From IMG/VR virus record IMGVR_UViG_3300022917_000008, positions 1-64,000 of that record: a stretch of DNA of 64,000 bases; one strand, given 5' to 3'. The stretch comes from a virus (taxonomy: Duplodnaviria; Caudoviricetes). A program made the translations under genes and the position numbers. Position 1 is the first letter of the stretch. Every line of letters begins with the position of its first letter. This document shows, in pieces, positions 20,277-30,698 of the stretch. The notes under the pieces were generated by a model that was not told where the DNA came from, ran no database searches, and saw only the letters and a program-made list of their open reading frames with translations.

Positions 20277-21543
20277 ACCAAAAACTGTTGTATATGTAGT
20301 CTGTTAGCATAGCCTTAAGCTCTATGACTGCCCAAGATATTAATCTACTATCAGCATACTTCTCTATCTTATTTTCTTCTGTGTCCTTCTCTTGTTTTTC
20401 TATTCTCAGTTTTACCCAGTTGCCCTTAAAGAGCAGTTCTGGACTAAACGATGCATTAGTGCGTGCTAGCTCTGTATCAGTCATGTTATCTTCTGAGGGA
20501 TACGCGGAAGACAGAGTGACAGTGTTCATTGGATAGTGCAGTGTATCAGGAGTATTCTTAGTTAACTGCTCTATAAATGATATATCAGTAACAATACTAA
20601 CATTGATGACGCCTGACTTATCTATAGTCACATTGTAGGTGATCTTTGGCCTACCTGATATGAACCTGGATATGATAGATTGCCTGGTGCTAGAGTGTAT
20701 TTCAGGTGCTCTGGCACTGTTACTTGACTCATGAAAGGCTTGTTGTATTGTTATATGTGGCCCTCCTTCTAGTGATTCCCATCTAAGGTAATCAGGTAGG
20801 GTCTGCATGAACAACTCATACTTCATTTCATCAAACATACTGAATCCTAACTCACCAACTAGGGTTTCAAAGCTGGTACTACCTAAACAAAATGCTGACC
20901 AGCCATTACCAGTCCTCATGTGAGAATGACTATATGCCCTTCTATACTCCTGTATACTCTTTGTGCCTCGCCATCCACATAAATTCTTCATACTCAACTT
21001 ATGGTCAAGTTGAAACTTTATGTACAGGTCCTTGATTGTATGCTCCTGCCTTCTACTATTAGTTATCACAAACTCGGGAAAAAGGATAACCACCTGGTAC
21101 AGAGTCCCACTGAGCCTTGAGTCACTAGCCATGTTCACATCCCACTTACCCCTGGAAAGGCATTCCAGCGTCCTATCTGCTTTTTCAAAGCTGGCTACAC
21201 CAATATCCTGAACATCCCATCTATCTGGAAAATGATGTTCCAGCAGTGCTTTGAAAGCTTCCACTGACTTTTCTCTCCATTCTCTATAGACCTTCAAGCT
21301 TCCCTCTGCCTTAGTTTCATACTCAGCCTTCCTGTAATTACCCATCAATGTTGAATGGAATGCTGTGTAATAGTCGTATAACACTCTATCTGTGTCATAC
21401 AGATGTTGTATCTTACCCCTTACATCATCAACATCAAGTATGTTGTCTTCATCAACCTCAGCTGCTGTCCTAAGAGGAGCTAGGGCCTCAGTTAAACCCC
21501 TGCCTATGGCCCCAGATATGCCCTCAATCCTTTGACTTGCCAT
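20242..21543 (-). CDS. Putative prokaryotic E2-like (UBC-fold) protein
   Basis: YSHSH...WSAFCLG resembles the E2 HPH/N...CL motif; lies between the Ubl and JAB genes. Confidence 0.55.
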   Translation of the reverse strand: MASQRIEGISGAIGRGLTEALAPLRTAAEVDEDNILDVDDVRGKIQHLYDTDRVLYDYYTAFHSTLMGNYRKAEYETKAEGSLKVYREWREKSVEAFKALLEHHFPDRWDVQDIGVASFEKADRTLECLSRGKWDVNMASDSRLSGTLYQVVILFPEFVITNSRRQEHTIKDLYIKFQLDHKLSMKNLCGWRGTKSIQEYRRAYSHSHMRTGNGWSAFCLGSTSFETLVGELGFSMFDEMKYELFMQTLPDYLRWESLEGGPHITIQQAFHESSNSARAPEIHSSTRQSIISRFISGRPKITYNVTIDKSGVINVSIVTDISFIEQLTKNTPDTLHYPMNTVTLSSAYPSEDNMTDTELARTNASFSPELLFKGNWVKLRIEKQEKDTEENKIEKYADSRLISWAVIELKAMLTDYIYNSFWYGTSKKVGEAR

Positions 21544-21593
21544 GGTCTTTAATTTAAAAAGGGAGAAAGGGTTGCCCCTCTCCCCCTTATATG

Positions 21594-22016
21594 TTAGAAC
21601 TGTCCAGACCTCAGAGCTTCCAATTCCCTTGCAAGGTCATTGGAGATAGGCTTAGAAACCTTCTCTGTGTTGCTAGACACCTTATCATAATCACCTTCTT
21701 TGATTCCTTCTATGATTTCCTCAATGCTCTCAACGAACTTGTCCTGTACATCACGCAGTACAGCAATGACATCCACATCCTTGGTACCAGCCTTGATCTG
21801 CTTGGGAGTCAAGAGCAATGTGAATGATTCTTCAGGTAGCTGTGCATCATCAGCTGCCAAGTCTACCCTACTTTCCCTTACTACAGCCCTCATCTTGTCG
21901 AGGTCACCAAAATCTGCTCTCAGGGAATCCTTAAGTTGTCCCCAAGTTGTAGCTTCAGTACGAAGCTCCTTTGCACCACTACGTGTAGTAGATGCTACTG
22001 TGATAGTCCTAATCAT
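21594..22016 (-). CDS. Putative ubiquitin-like (beta-grasp) protein with a C-terminal extension
   Basis: ~77-aa beta-beta-alpha-beta pattern ending FTLLLTPKQIKAG, then a helical tail; first gene before E2/JAB/E1. Confidence 0.55.
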   Translation of the reverse strand: MIRTITVASTTRSGAKELRTEATTWGQLKDSLRADFGDLDKMRAVVRESRVDLAADDAQLPEESFTLLLTPKQIKAGTKDVDVIAVLRDVQDKFVESIEEIIEGIKEGDYDKVSSNTEKVSKPISNDLARELEALRSGQF

Positions 22017-22028
22017 TAGTGAAATATA

Positions 22029-23108
22029 TCAAAAGCCACAAACTTCTTTCATCAGCTCTTCTGCTTTCACTCTACCATACTGCTTGTACACATCTGAAAT
22101 GTCCTTGCAGTTGGTGAGGAGTTTAGGTATAAAATAGGGTGCTATCCTATAGTTCTTCCATAGGAACCTTGCACCACCTACACCTGTCTTATCCCTATCA
22201 TACAATGATATGATCCTGGGATAGTACTTCTTTATATGCCTTATGAAGTCTTTGAGGAAGTATTGCCCTTCTCCATGTATAGCCATTGCTTCATACCCCA
22301 GCTCTCTAAGGCACATGCAGTCCTTCATGGACTTTGTTAGGATCAGGAGTTTATTACTCTTATCCTTCTTGACGTTACATTGATAGTAACCCTGGATGTC
22401 TTCATAGTTATTGACATTACCTACAAACCTTATCTGTTCGCCAGTAGCTAGAGGGAAATAGCATTTTATGTGTTTGGATACTGGGAAGTAGTAACCATAA
22501 CATGGATTGCTGTCTGTATGAGTATATTTAGTCACCCACTGAAGGATACCATTGATGGGCAACTTCATCTCAACTAGTCTAATGCAATGCACATTGTACA
22601 GATCAAGTGTCTCCTTTGTTATTCCATACTGCAACCAGTATTCCAAATCTCTATCAGTATATGCCCTTGAGTGTGCTCTTATCAGGGCTCCAGTTTGTGT
22701 TACAAACCTCTCCTTGAACCTTTCCAATTGTTTCTCTGCTCTGATACCAATTGGTTTATAGCCTGTATACTTTTGTTCATGGGGGTTACCAAGCCCCAGT
22801 TTGAAGTCTACATTTATCATAACTAGGGCTCCTCTATGGTCTAAGCCTCTTGTTATGCATAGGAAGTCAAATATATCCCCATGATTACCTCCTGCTCCAA
22901 AGTCTTTGAATTTGATCCTATTCCTTATATCCTTGTATAGATTAAAGGAAGGACTGCTATCACCACTTCTCAAGGGGGATACATAGTTCTTCTTCAGCTC
23001 ATAATCATACCCAAGGTAGTGTCTCCACAATACAGATTCATCAACCTCTTGTAATATATGTTCCGCATCTAGCTCCTGATAGATATTATTCAATCCATAG
23101 CCTGACAT
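22029..23108 (-). CDS. DNA primase (DnaG-like, TOPRIM)
   Basis: SPLR.D..PSF, FKDFG, TKSMKD, LYDRDKTG. Confidence 0.85.
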   Translation of the reverse strand: MSGYGLNNIYQELDAEHILQEVDESVLWRHYLGYDYELKKNYVSPLRSGDSSPSFNLYKDIRNRIKFKDFGAGGNHGDIFDFLCITRGLDHRGALVMINVDFKLGLGNPHEQKYTGYKPIGIRAEKQLERFKERFVTQTGALIRAHSRAYTDRDLEYWLQYGITKETLDLYNVHCIRLVEMKLPINGILQWVTKYTHTDSNPCYGYYFPVSKHIKCYFPLATGEQIRFVGNVNNYEDIQGYYQCNVKKDKSNKLLILTKSMKDCMCLRELGYEAMAIHGEGQYFLKDFIRHIKKYYPRIISLYDRDKTGVGGARFLWKNYRIAPYFIPKLLTNCKDISDVYKQYGRVKAEELMKEVCGF

Positions 23109-23144
23109 GAGAAAAAGAAGGGGGAGTGTTACCTCCCCCTATTA

Positions 23145-23804
23145 TTAAAATGGTAGGTCACTCACATCTCCAACAGGCTCCTGTGGTACCAGTGAGTCAT
23201 TATTTTCTACTTCGTTGTTAGCTACATAGGGGTACTTCTCCACCGTGTTATTGGTGATTTGGTACTTACTCAGCTGAATAGCTGCCTTACGTCCCTCAGT
23301 ATGCTTTTCACACCATTTAACCCTATCAGCTATGATAAGGTTGGATTTCTGCTTGGCGTCACTGTTCTTCCAGATTGTGAGGAAGTTGATAGTATTGGTG
23401 GGCTCACCAATTGCAGACTTAACTGCTTCTACCAGTTCCTTAAGGGTTTTAACCTTAGCAACCTTGTGTACCAGTGCATCCTTTTCACAGAAACATGCAG
23501 CCAGATAGAACAACTTAGTGTTGATCTCCTGTTGCACTCTCTCAAAGGCTTCATCCTTGGTCTCAGTACCTATTTTCTTCCTGTTCTGGTACTTGTCCTT
23601 GGGATATACCTTCTCTTTGTTAGGACCAAATGTCCTCTCCCTGAAATACTTACCATCAGCAGTCTCAATCTCAATGTCAAAATACTCATACTGCTCAGTG
23701 GCATCATAGCCAAGTCCAAGAAACTTTGCATTTTCATGGATACCAGCTTCCCTAAGGTAGACTTTGTCTGACTTAGGATTAACATTACCAAATCCAAAAG
23801 ACAT
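23145..23804 (-). CDS. Putative single-stranded DNA-binding protein
   Basis: Acidic C-terminus ending DLPF; between the AAA ATPase and primase genes. Confidence 0.55.
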   Translation of the reverse strand: MSFGFGNVNPKSDKVYLREAGIHENAKFLGLGYDATEQYEYFDIEIETADGKYFRERTFGPNKEKVYPKDKYQNRKKIGTETKDEAFERVQQEINTKLFYLAACFCEKDALVHKVAKVKTLKELVEAVKSAIGEPTNTINFLTIWKNSDAKQKSNLIIADRVKWCEKHTEGRKAAIQLSKYQITNNTVEKYPYVANNEVENNDSLVPQEPVGDVSDLPF

Positions 23805-23840
23805 TAATACTCTGTTTAGTTTTCTTTTGATTCTCTTCTA

Positions 23841-24122
23841 CTACAGTTGAACTGTGGGTTCTTCTGCTACAGTTTGTACAGGTACTGTACTTGCTGCATT
23901 GGATACAGGATTTGTTGCAACTTCATCCAGGTCCTCCAGCACAAAATGGCTAGGCATAATCTTGTTACGCAGATTAATACCATAGGTCTTAGCAGCCCTT
24001 CTAACTACAGCTGCTGAACATTTAACTCCACTCTGACTTGTAAGGTCTTCTGCCATCTTTGCGACAGTAAACCCATTGTTGATGTAGGCATCAATTTGTG
24101 CCTTAGTGATCTTGAAACTCAT
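23841..24122 (-). CDS. Small HTH-like protein
   Basis: ORF track; helical pattern. Confidence 0.55.
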   Translation of the reverse strand: MSFKITKAQIDAYINNGFTVAKMAEDLTSQSGVKCSAAVVRRAAKTYGINLRNKIMPSHFVLEDLDEVATNPVSNAASTVPVQTVAEEPTVQL

Positions 24123-24128
24123 TTGAAC

Positions 24129-24812
24129 TTAACTTTGGAACTCTTTAATAGCTTCTGCAACCTTCAATAGATCATTCTGTATTTCCTTTCCTTCAAACAT
24201 TCCCATGGGACTCTTTGCAGTAGTCTTGGGATCACCATTGGTTATAAACCCATACTGGATACCTTCCTTAGTATCCTTCTTATAGGTGAATAGCACAATG
24301 CTGAACAATCCTTCGTAAGTAATGGTGTTGGTAATCATCTTACCTGCAGTCTTAGCTCTGACTGTCTTTTCACCATCTGCATCAACAGTCTCTTCCTGGT
24401 GATTCAGTATAAATATAAACAGATCATCCCTCATGCTCTTGGCCTTAGTGCCAATCTTGTAGATCATCTGGGCTACATCAGTGAACTTAGCAAACCCAGT
24501 CTCCTTAGCCTTGTTCATCAGATAATCTGCTGCTATATACTGGTTATCATCCACTATGATATACTTGATCTCAGGCCTTTTGCTATTGATAAAATCCATT
24601 GCCTGTAAGATCAATGCACTGTCTGCAGTGTTCAGTAAGTTACCCTTGGGATTATCCCTGGTCCATTCAGTATAATTGGTCTTCCATCCCTTATAGGGTA
24701 ATGGCTTTCCAGTTACATTGAAATAAAAGGTCTCAGCAGGAGGAAGTGTTCTGGCAGATGTACTTTTGCCACTGCCAGCTTCTCCCACTATCAGTACACT
24801 ATTTGCACTCAT
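24129..24812 (-). CDS. AAA-family ATPase (Sak4/AAA_24-like)
   Basis: GEAGSGKST Walker A, IIVDD Walker B, AKSPMGMF. Confidence 0.85.
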   Translation of the reverse strand: MSANSVLIVGEAGSGKSTSARTLPPAETFYFNVTGKPLPYKGWKTNYTEWTRDNPKGNLLNTADSALILQAMDFINSKRPEIKYIIVDDNQYIAADYLMNKAKETGFAKFTDVAQMIYKIGTKAKSMRDDLFIFILNHQEETVDADGEKTVRAKTAGKMITNTITYEGLFSIVLFTYKKDTKEGIQYGFITNGDPKTTAKSPMGMFEGKEIQNDLLKVAEAIKEFQS

Positions 24813-24815
24813 GTC

Positions 24816-25946
24816 TTAAGAATATGTGCCCCTTTTAATCTCTTCGTAGATATTCTTCATTTCTTCAGACTGAGGTGCAGGAAGCTCCCTAAACATGTTT
24901 ATAGCACCATTAAAGTACAATCCACATTCAAGGTTAGGAGTTCCAAACCTGTTCTTCAAGATACTCAGGGTTCTATAGTTATCCTGCAGGATACCAATAT
25001 CATACCCTAGTTCCTTCTTAATTTGGTACCTTTCTGGACTAAATAGTCCTAGTACAACTAAGGCATCCCTTGCAGTGACTTTACAATCACCTAAACCATC
25101 AAGGGAGGGCTTTATCTTTTGCTCAATGTTCTGTCCACTACTTGTGAATTGAAGCTTCTCTTTGTCTGCAGCTTGCTGGTGAATGTTAACCCAAGCCATC
25201 TTGTAGTGCTTAGTCAACATCTTCCTACAGTACTCAGATGAGAACTTGGACATTGCTCCCCATGTAGTGTTAGTGTCCAATGTTGCTTCTGACTGTAACA
25301 AGCTCATGTGATCTACTACACCTATCACTATCAACTTGGGATCATTAGCCACATAAGTGTCAAAGATCACATCACTCCCTTCAGTGGGGAACACCTCAAC
25401 TCCCTTGAAGTAGAACCTACCATTAGCCCTAGCATAAGCCCTGGCATACTTGTATATGCCAAAAGGGTTGGATATGTAGTCAATAACCTCAATAGATTCC
25501 CTCAGTTCCCTGAAGTACTCTGTACACTCCTCTACTTTGTCCAGTATCTCCTGTGATAGATGATACTGACCCATAGATATCAGATGCATTGGTTGTACTA
25601 CAATCCCATACACTTCCTTCAACCTAGCACATGCCAGTGTCAACATGTACTCCTGAATAGACTCCTCTAAAGCAAAGTACAGTATCTTTATCTTTAGTCC
25701 AGTCTCTGGGTGCTCCTTAATGAACTTGTAAGGTTGGCTCACAAATAGAAACTTTGCCAGTTGTGTCTTACCAATACCACTACTAGCAGTCACTTCATAC
25801 TGTACTCCTGGTATAATACCAGGTACATGCTTGTCTAATGAAGGTATACCAAATGGAATACTGTTATATCCACCAGCATCCCTTGTAGCCTTATTGGCCT
25901 TCATCAACTCAAGCAGTACCTCAAATGGTGATCTGTCTTGCTGCAT
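24816..25946 (-). CDS. Replicative SF4 (DnaB-like) helicase
   Basis: ASSGIGKT, YFALEE, VVDH, HQQ, ILKNRFG. Confidence 0.9.
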   Translation of the reverse strand: MQQDRSPFEVLLELMKANKATRDAGGYNSIPFGIPSLDKHVPGIIPGVQYEVTASSGIGKTQLAKFLFVSQPYKFIKEHPETGLKIKILYFALEESIQEYMLTLACARLKEVYGIVVQPMHLISMGQYHLSQEILDKVEECTEYFRELRESIEVIDYISNPFGIYKYARAYARANGRFYFKGVEVFPTEGSDVIFDTYVANDPKLIVIGVVDHMSLLQSEATLDTNTTWGAMSKFSSEYCRKMLTKHYKMAWVNIHQQAADKEKLQFTSSGQNIEQKIKPSLDGLGDCKVTARDALVVLGLFSPERYQIKKELGYDIGILQDNYRTLSILKNRFGTPNLECGLYFNGAINMFRELPAPQSEEMKNIYEEIKRGTYS

Positions 25947-26602
25947 TACATTCTCTTTTCAAATGGATTAATGAGTTCATTCTCACTTCCTCCATTCTTC
26001 ACAAGATCACATTCTGTAGCTAGGGCACTACTTCCATCCTTTAGTATGAAGTACTCCGCAGTGTGACAATAAGTATACACACCTCTACACCTGTCTAACA
26101 TGGCCTCAGTTGCCTTGAGAATAGTCTCCTCACTATGCCTGTACTTGTTCATGAACTTCATCATCTTGTTAGTAACATCTGTTGCATTACTACGCAATGG
26201 TTTGTTCCCCCCATTCTTCACTCCTTTTGGAAATAATTCCAGGTACTTCTGTACAAGCACACTCACATCATCTACCCTATTCTCCACAACTAACTGAGCC
26301 CCAGTTCCTATTAGTGAAAGTATCTTAGCACCAACATCACTGATGCTATAATCATCCAAGCTGAAGTTATCAGCTTCCCTCAAGTCCAATAGTTGCTTCC
26401 TAACAAGAGGCTGCAGCATGACAATCTTCTGGTCTGCATTGCCTCTGAGATAGGTGAGGAGTAGCTCTCTACTTGCACTAAATAATGCTAGTATGGCATA
26501 CTCCTCTACCTTAATACCTTTTGTAACTAGTTGGTCCAGTACTCCTTTGTCAAAGACCAATATAACCTGTTCCATGTACCATCTTTGGGTTTTAAAACTC
26601 AT
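25946..26602 (-). CDS. Hypothetical replication-associated protein
   Basis: Directly upstream of the helicase; YLELFP...YFILKDG motif. Confidence 0.6.
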   Translation of the reverse strand: MSFKTQRWYMEQVILVFDKGVLDQLVTKGIKVEEYAILALFSASRELLLTYLRGNADQKIVMLQPLVRKQLLDLREADNFSLDDYSISDVGAKILSLIGTGAQLVVENRVDDVSVLVQKYLELFPKGVKNGGNKPLRSNATDVTNKMMKFMNKYRHSEETILKATEAMLDRCRGVYTYCHTAEYFILKDGSSALATECDLVKNGGSENELINPFEKRM

Positions 26603-27767
26603 TCAACAACCCTTCTAATCCTCCAAGCTCCAACCATGTTATTTTCTCACTAGGTACTCCTTTCATAGCCTCCATTGCCCAAGCTTCATCCATTGTGTCC
26701 TTACACACTGTGATAATGATCTTGGCTTTTTTCTCGTCTTCCAGGTTACATGCTCTTAAAAACTTCTGAAGAGAGTCCTCACTATTAGATTGCAATTGGT
26801 GTACCAATTCTGTCTTCAGATCAGGGAATGTTATCCCCATATCAGTCATCTTTACAACTGCCAGAGTATTAATCTCTTCATCAATGAATCTGTCCAAATT
26901 GTTCTTAGCTTTTTCTTCTCCCACCTGCAGGTATGCCTTTTTGTTCTTGCTGTGGTAACTATAGGGAGACAGTTTGTCTGCCATTGCAGTTCTGGCAGTA
27001 AATATCAGTAGCCTCTCATTTACCTCATTTGCTATTCTCTTTGCTACCTTGAATTTACTCCTCACTCCATAAAGCAGTTCAGACCTTCTCCTTGCTGCTG
27101 CTTCCTTTGCTGCCTTCAGTCCTGGATTTGCTTGTTCCTTGATCCTTAGATCATCAAATAGTGCAGTGTGATAGTCATATGACTGTCTTTCAGTAGCAGG
27201 TACTCCATTTACCTTATGGCACTTGACACTTTCATTCAATGGTACTTTCACTATATACACATGGAAGTTGGCTATAATACCATCTCTGATAGCCTCTTCT
27301 ATTGCATATTCAAATCCCACTTCAATACCCAGCTTGAACTTAAGATGGGCCCTTGAATACTCATTTGCAGTACCAGTGACTAACAGCAACCTCTCAGGAT
27401 CAAGCTTCTTAATGGCATCCATCTGATTAGCAGATAGTTCATGCCACTCATCCACAACCAACAACTTAGGCCTTGTTGCTATTTTCTTCAAACTAGGGAA
27501 ACATAAAGTAGTAGCATCACAATGTATACCACCCCATTTGAGTAGCTCTTTGTGCCAGTTGCTTGCTATAGGTCTGTATGGAGCTGCAATGAATATTCCC
27601 TCAGCTCCACCCCATCCTCCATGCTCTGCACGAAAGAACTTCTCTCCTATAGCATCAACTACTATCTTACTTTTGCCTACCCTTGGAGCTATTACTAGTG
27701 CTCCAGTATAATCACATCTTCTAATGTGCTCAACAGCAGCTGCTTGTACTAGCTCTCTTTTGTTCAT
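26592..27767 (-). CDS. SF2 DEAD/H-like helicase
   Basis: APRVGKS, VVDEWH, VTGT, GITFPDL, QKFLRA; start moved to MNKRELVQ at 27767. Confidence 0.85.
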   Translation of the reverse strand: MNKRELVQAAAVEHIRRCDYTGALVIAPRVGKSKIVVDAIGEKFFRAEHGGWGGAEGIFIAAPYRPIASNWHKELLKWGGIHCDATTLCFPSLKKIATRPKLLVVDEWHELSANQMDAIKKLDPERLLLVTGTANEYSRAHLKFKLGIEVGFEYAIEEAIRDGIIANFHVYIVKVPLNESVKCHKVNGVPATERQSYDYHTALFDDLRIKEQANPGLKAAKEAAARRRSELLYGVRSKFKVAKRIANEVNERLLIFTARTAMADKLSPYSYHSKNKKAYLQVGEEKAKNNLDRFIDEEINTLAVVKMTDMGITFPDLKTELVHQLQSNSEDSLQKFLRACNLEDEKKAKIIITVCKDTMDEAWAMEAMKGVPSEKITWLELGGLEGLLNEF

Positions 27768-27769
27768 AG

Positions 27770-28108
27770 TTATAAAGTTGTTAGAAACACAATTGAAAGT
27801 CCATAGTCCTCCACAGTTACATCCTGGCATATAATGCCACCTACACTTGCAGCCTCATCTTCAAGGGCTTTTTCTACCTCCTCAGTTGTAACAGTGGATT
27901 CCATCTGTACTTTCCTGTACAGTAGTTGGTAGTTGTGCTCAGTGCTTTCCTCAGTGTATCCTATGATCACAGTATCAGTTACAAGACCATGATTGATAGA
28001 TACACTCTTAGGAGTGATGCCTGAGTTGAGGAAATCCTGTATCTCAGGATCACCTTCTATCTCTCCACCTTCTACAGTGTGAAGTAGTTTGAACTTTTCA
28101 TGTTTCAT
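27770..28108 (-). CDS. Hypothetical protein
   Basis: ORF track. Confidence 0.65.
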   Translation of the reverse strand: MKHEKFKLLHTVEGGEIEGDPEIQDFLNSGITPKSVSINHGLVTDTVIIGYTEESTEHNYQLLYRKVQMESTVTTEEVEKALEDEAASVGGIICQDVTVEDYGLSIVFLTTL

Positions 28109-28123
28109 GTTATTTCTGTTTGG

Positions 28124-28501
28124 TTATTTCAACATTTCATTTGATACTCTAACCTCTTCATGGATGATACTCAACTTGTGGTCAATCTCATCTGCATGCT
28201 TAGGGTTTTGTTCCTTCAATCTTTCAAAGTATGAATAGATATTGCTCTCATTCCTGCTCAGAAGTAACACTAAGCCTCTGTCTTCCATTGCAATGAACTT
28301 CAGCAATACTATGTGCACTGAAGGTACAGGTGTCCTTGAATACACCACAACATCCTCCTCTGCACTTGAGTCAAGGGCATTGAGGTATATCTTCTTAGTG
28401 GGAGCATCTAATGAGTTAATGAAGTCCAATATTAGGTCTTCTTCATAGAATGCATCAAACACTAAATCTTCTGGTAACTGGGGCCATCTTACCTTACTCA
28501 T
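28124..28501 (-). CDS. Hypothetical protein
   Basis: ORF track. Confidence 0.65.
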   Translation of the reverse strand: MSKVRWPQLPEDLVFDAFYEEDLILDFINSLDAPTKKIYLNALDSSAEEDVVVYSRTPVPSVHIVLLKFIAMEDRGLVLLLSRNESNIYSYFERLKEQNPKHADEIDHKLSIIHEEVRVSNEMLK

Positions 28502-28935
28502 TATATTATATTTGGTTCTGGTAACACTAATCCAAGCTCTTCAGATGCAAACTGGAACACCCTCTCAAGATAGTCACCAAATGTCTTAGTGGTGAGGTCC
28601 CTAGTTGATGGTACTTCAATCACTTCTCTATCCTTATATATGTAAGGCCTACCCAATATCTTTATCTTCAATTCTCTGTGCATATCCTTGTGGTAATCAC
28701 CAGTATGGTCACAGATTATATCCAATAGCTTGTGGTAGTACCTGTTTTGCCTAAGTGTTCTTTGTTCTTCTTCCTCCTTCTTTGGATCATATGCAGTGGC
28801 TATCAGTCTGACAACATCTCCTTTAGTTGATAAGACTTTAATCTCAGCAGCAAACTGAACTTTGTCCTTTGGTAGCATTTCCAGCAGTCCATAATTGCTA
28901 ACTGTTGCTAACCCCTTCACTTCCCACTTGCTCAT
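28501..28935 (-). CDS. NinB/YbcN-like recombination protein
   Basis: RTLRQNRYYH...HRELK...STRDLT..F..YLE pattern; start moved to the ATG at 28935. Confidence 0.7.
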   Translation of the reverse strand: MSKWEVKGLATVSNYGLLEMLPKDKVQFAAEIKVLSTKGDVVRLIATAYDPKKEEEEQRTLRQNRYYHKLLDIICDHTGDYHKDMHRELKIKILGRPYIYKDREVIEVPSTRDLTTKTFGDYLERVFQFASEELGLVLPEPNII

Positions 28936-29398
28936 AACCCAGGTACTTAGCAGTGTTAACAAATATTTCTGCTACCTGCTCAGACATGTTCAAATTCTTC
29001 CTTCCCTTATTGATCTCAATGCTCTTGTAAATGTTCCCCTCTTTGGTCCTCTCCCCAGCTGCTTTCCAATCAAAGAACATCTCTACAAGATCAAACAGAT
29101 TCATGCCACTCACACCCTTTTCCCCATAGAATTGGGGATGGTGGCTATTATGTGCATAATGATGATCCAAGGCAGGCTTTAATCTCTTAACACCTTCCCT
29201 ATATGCATCACTATTGTACTCCAATCCTTTAAGTAATGGAGTTTCCCTATCAAAGTACTCTTTCTCAGGACTTTGTAGCTTAGATGCATCGTGCATTAGT
29301 CCCCTAGTCATTAGCTCTAATTGAGCCTTATACAGATAGACTCTTACAGCCTCTATATGCTCCTTAGTGTCCTTAGTACTATCATATTCCTCAGCCAT
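28898..29398 (-). CDS. HD-like protein (DUF5662-type)
   Basis: HDASK, HHYAHNSHHP, EMFFDW motifs. Confidence 0.7.
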   Translation of the reverse strand: MAEEYDSTKDTKEHIEAVRVYLYKAQLELMTRGLMHDASKLQSPEKEYFDRETPLLKGLEYNSDAYREGVKRLKPALDHHYAHNSHHPQFYGEKGVSGMNLFDLVEMFFDWKAAGERTKEGNIYKSIEINKGRKNLNMSEQVAEIFVNTAKYLGYEQVGSEGVSNS

Positions 29399-29786
29399 AC
29401 ACTATCTTTAAGTGTTCAGTTAATGCCTTCACTCTTGGACATTTGTCTATAAATGTCTCTACTTGACTATGTGCATCAGGATGCAATAGTACAATGTTCC
29501 ACTTCTGCAGAGCATATAGTGGATACTTGGCCTTGGGCAATATGTGATGAAAGTAGAGTGTAAGTGGTTCCCCAGTTAAAGGTTTACCAGTTTCAAAGCA
29601 TACATGCTCTCTTTCATTCCATATCTCTTCATAGAATGCAGTGAAGTTGTCCATGATGCTTTCCTCCAGACTTCTACCTTGGCCGCTGTTAGCAGTCTTC
29701 ATGAGGAGATTACCCTGTGGTCTAACAAATATACCCCTATCAGCCAAGCTCTTACCTTCCTTAGGTTGTTTCTTCTTGGGTATCAT
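29391..29786 (-). CDS. HNH-like nuclease
   Basis: CFETG...FHHILPK...NIVLL...H. Confidence 0.7.
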   Translation of the reverse strand: MIPKKKQPKEGKSLADRGIFVRPQGNLLMKTANSGQGRSLEESIMDNFTAFYEEIWNEREHVCFETGKPLTGEPLTLYFHHILPKAKYPLYALQKWNIVLLHPDAHSQVETFIDKCPRVKALTEHLKIVYG

Positions 29787-29787
29787 A

Positions 29788-30486
29788 TCACCACTTAATT
29801 GGTTCTAACTCAAGCATTTCTAAGTACCTATTTGCTCTTTTAAACACATCCTGACAATCCCATATACCTCCAGAATAGGCAACTGAGGCTGGATGACTTG
29901 CAGTCAGTATGATGTCTCCTAGTCTAGCATACTTGCTAAACTGTTCCTGGGCTTCTTTACCCAGCAATATGTATACAATTGGATGTGGGGACTTGTTCAC
30001 CCCTTCATGGAACACCTCATCTATGAACCTGGTCCATAGTCCTTTGTGGCTATTGGGTTCCTTCCATCTAACTGTAAGTGAGGCATTTATGAGAAATACT
30101 CCTTGTTCTGCCCATTTCTCCAGGCTTGGCAGGTTATCCCAAGCACAAGTTGTTTCTCCATTCAGGAATACAGTCCTCCTTATTTCCCTGTAAACCTCCT
30201 TCAATGAAGGCTGTAATTTGCCTGTTAGACTGCAAGACATTGCCAGTCCATCAGGCTCAATGCTATTATAAGGGTCTTGCAGCCCCATTACGACCTTTAT
30301 TTTATCAGGGGCACACTTGTTCAGGGCAGTGAATATCCTGTCTGTACGAGGCACTATTTTGTTCCCATGTGCCTTCTCCTTTTTGATGAAGTCAATAATC
30401 CTGTCAAACTCCCTAGACTCAATGAATTGGTCTAATACATCAAGCCAGGGAGTTGACAGAATGCCTTCAAGTTCTTTTTTGTCCAC
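29788..30486 (-). CDS. ung: Uracil-DNA glycosylase (family 1)
   Basis: LQDPY, GLAMS, PSL, QGVFLINASLTV, SHPAS. Confidence 0.9.
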   Translation of the reverse strand: MDKKELEGILSTPWLDVLDQFIESREFDRIIDFIKKEKAHGNKIVPRTDRIFTALNKCAPDKIKVVMGLQDPYNSIEPDGLAMSCSLTGKLQPSLKEVYREIRRTVFLNGETTCAWDNLPSLEKWAEQGVFLINASLTVRWKEPNSHKGLWTRFIDEVFHEGVNKSPHPIVYILLGKEAQEQFSKYARLGDIILTASHPASVAYSGGIWDCQDVFKRANRYLEMLELEPIKW

Positions 30487-30698
30487 TATGTATATCTTGA
30501 TTCAGTGTTGAAAGCTTTCACCAGTTCTTCTTTCAATGATAGTAGTTGATCTCTATTCAGGAATAAATAGGTGTTGTTAACCTGCACTGTTGCTTCCTTG
30601 AGAAACTTCCCTATAGCATTAACTTCCTGTGATACTATATTGACCTTTATTTGATTTAGGCCAACATTTATTACAGTGCTTATCATAGTACCCATCAT
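30486..30698 (-). CDS. Hypothetical protein
   Basis: ORF track. Confidence 0.55.
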   Translation of the reverse strand: MMGTMISTVINVGLNQIKVNIVSQEVNAIGKFLKEATVQVNNTYLFLNRDQLLSLKEELVKAFNTESRYT

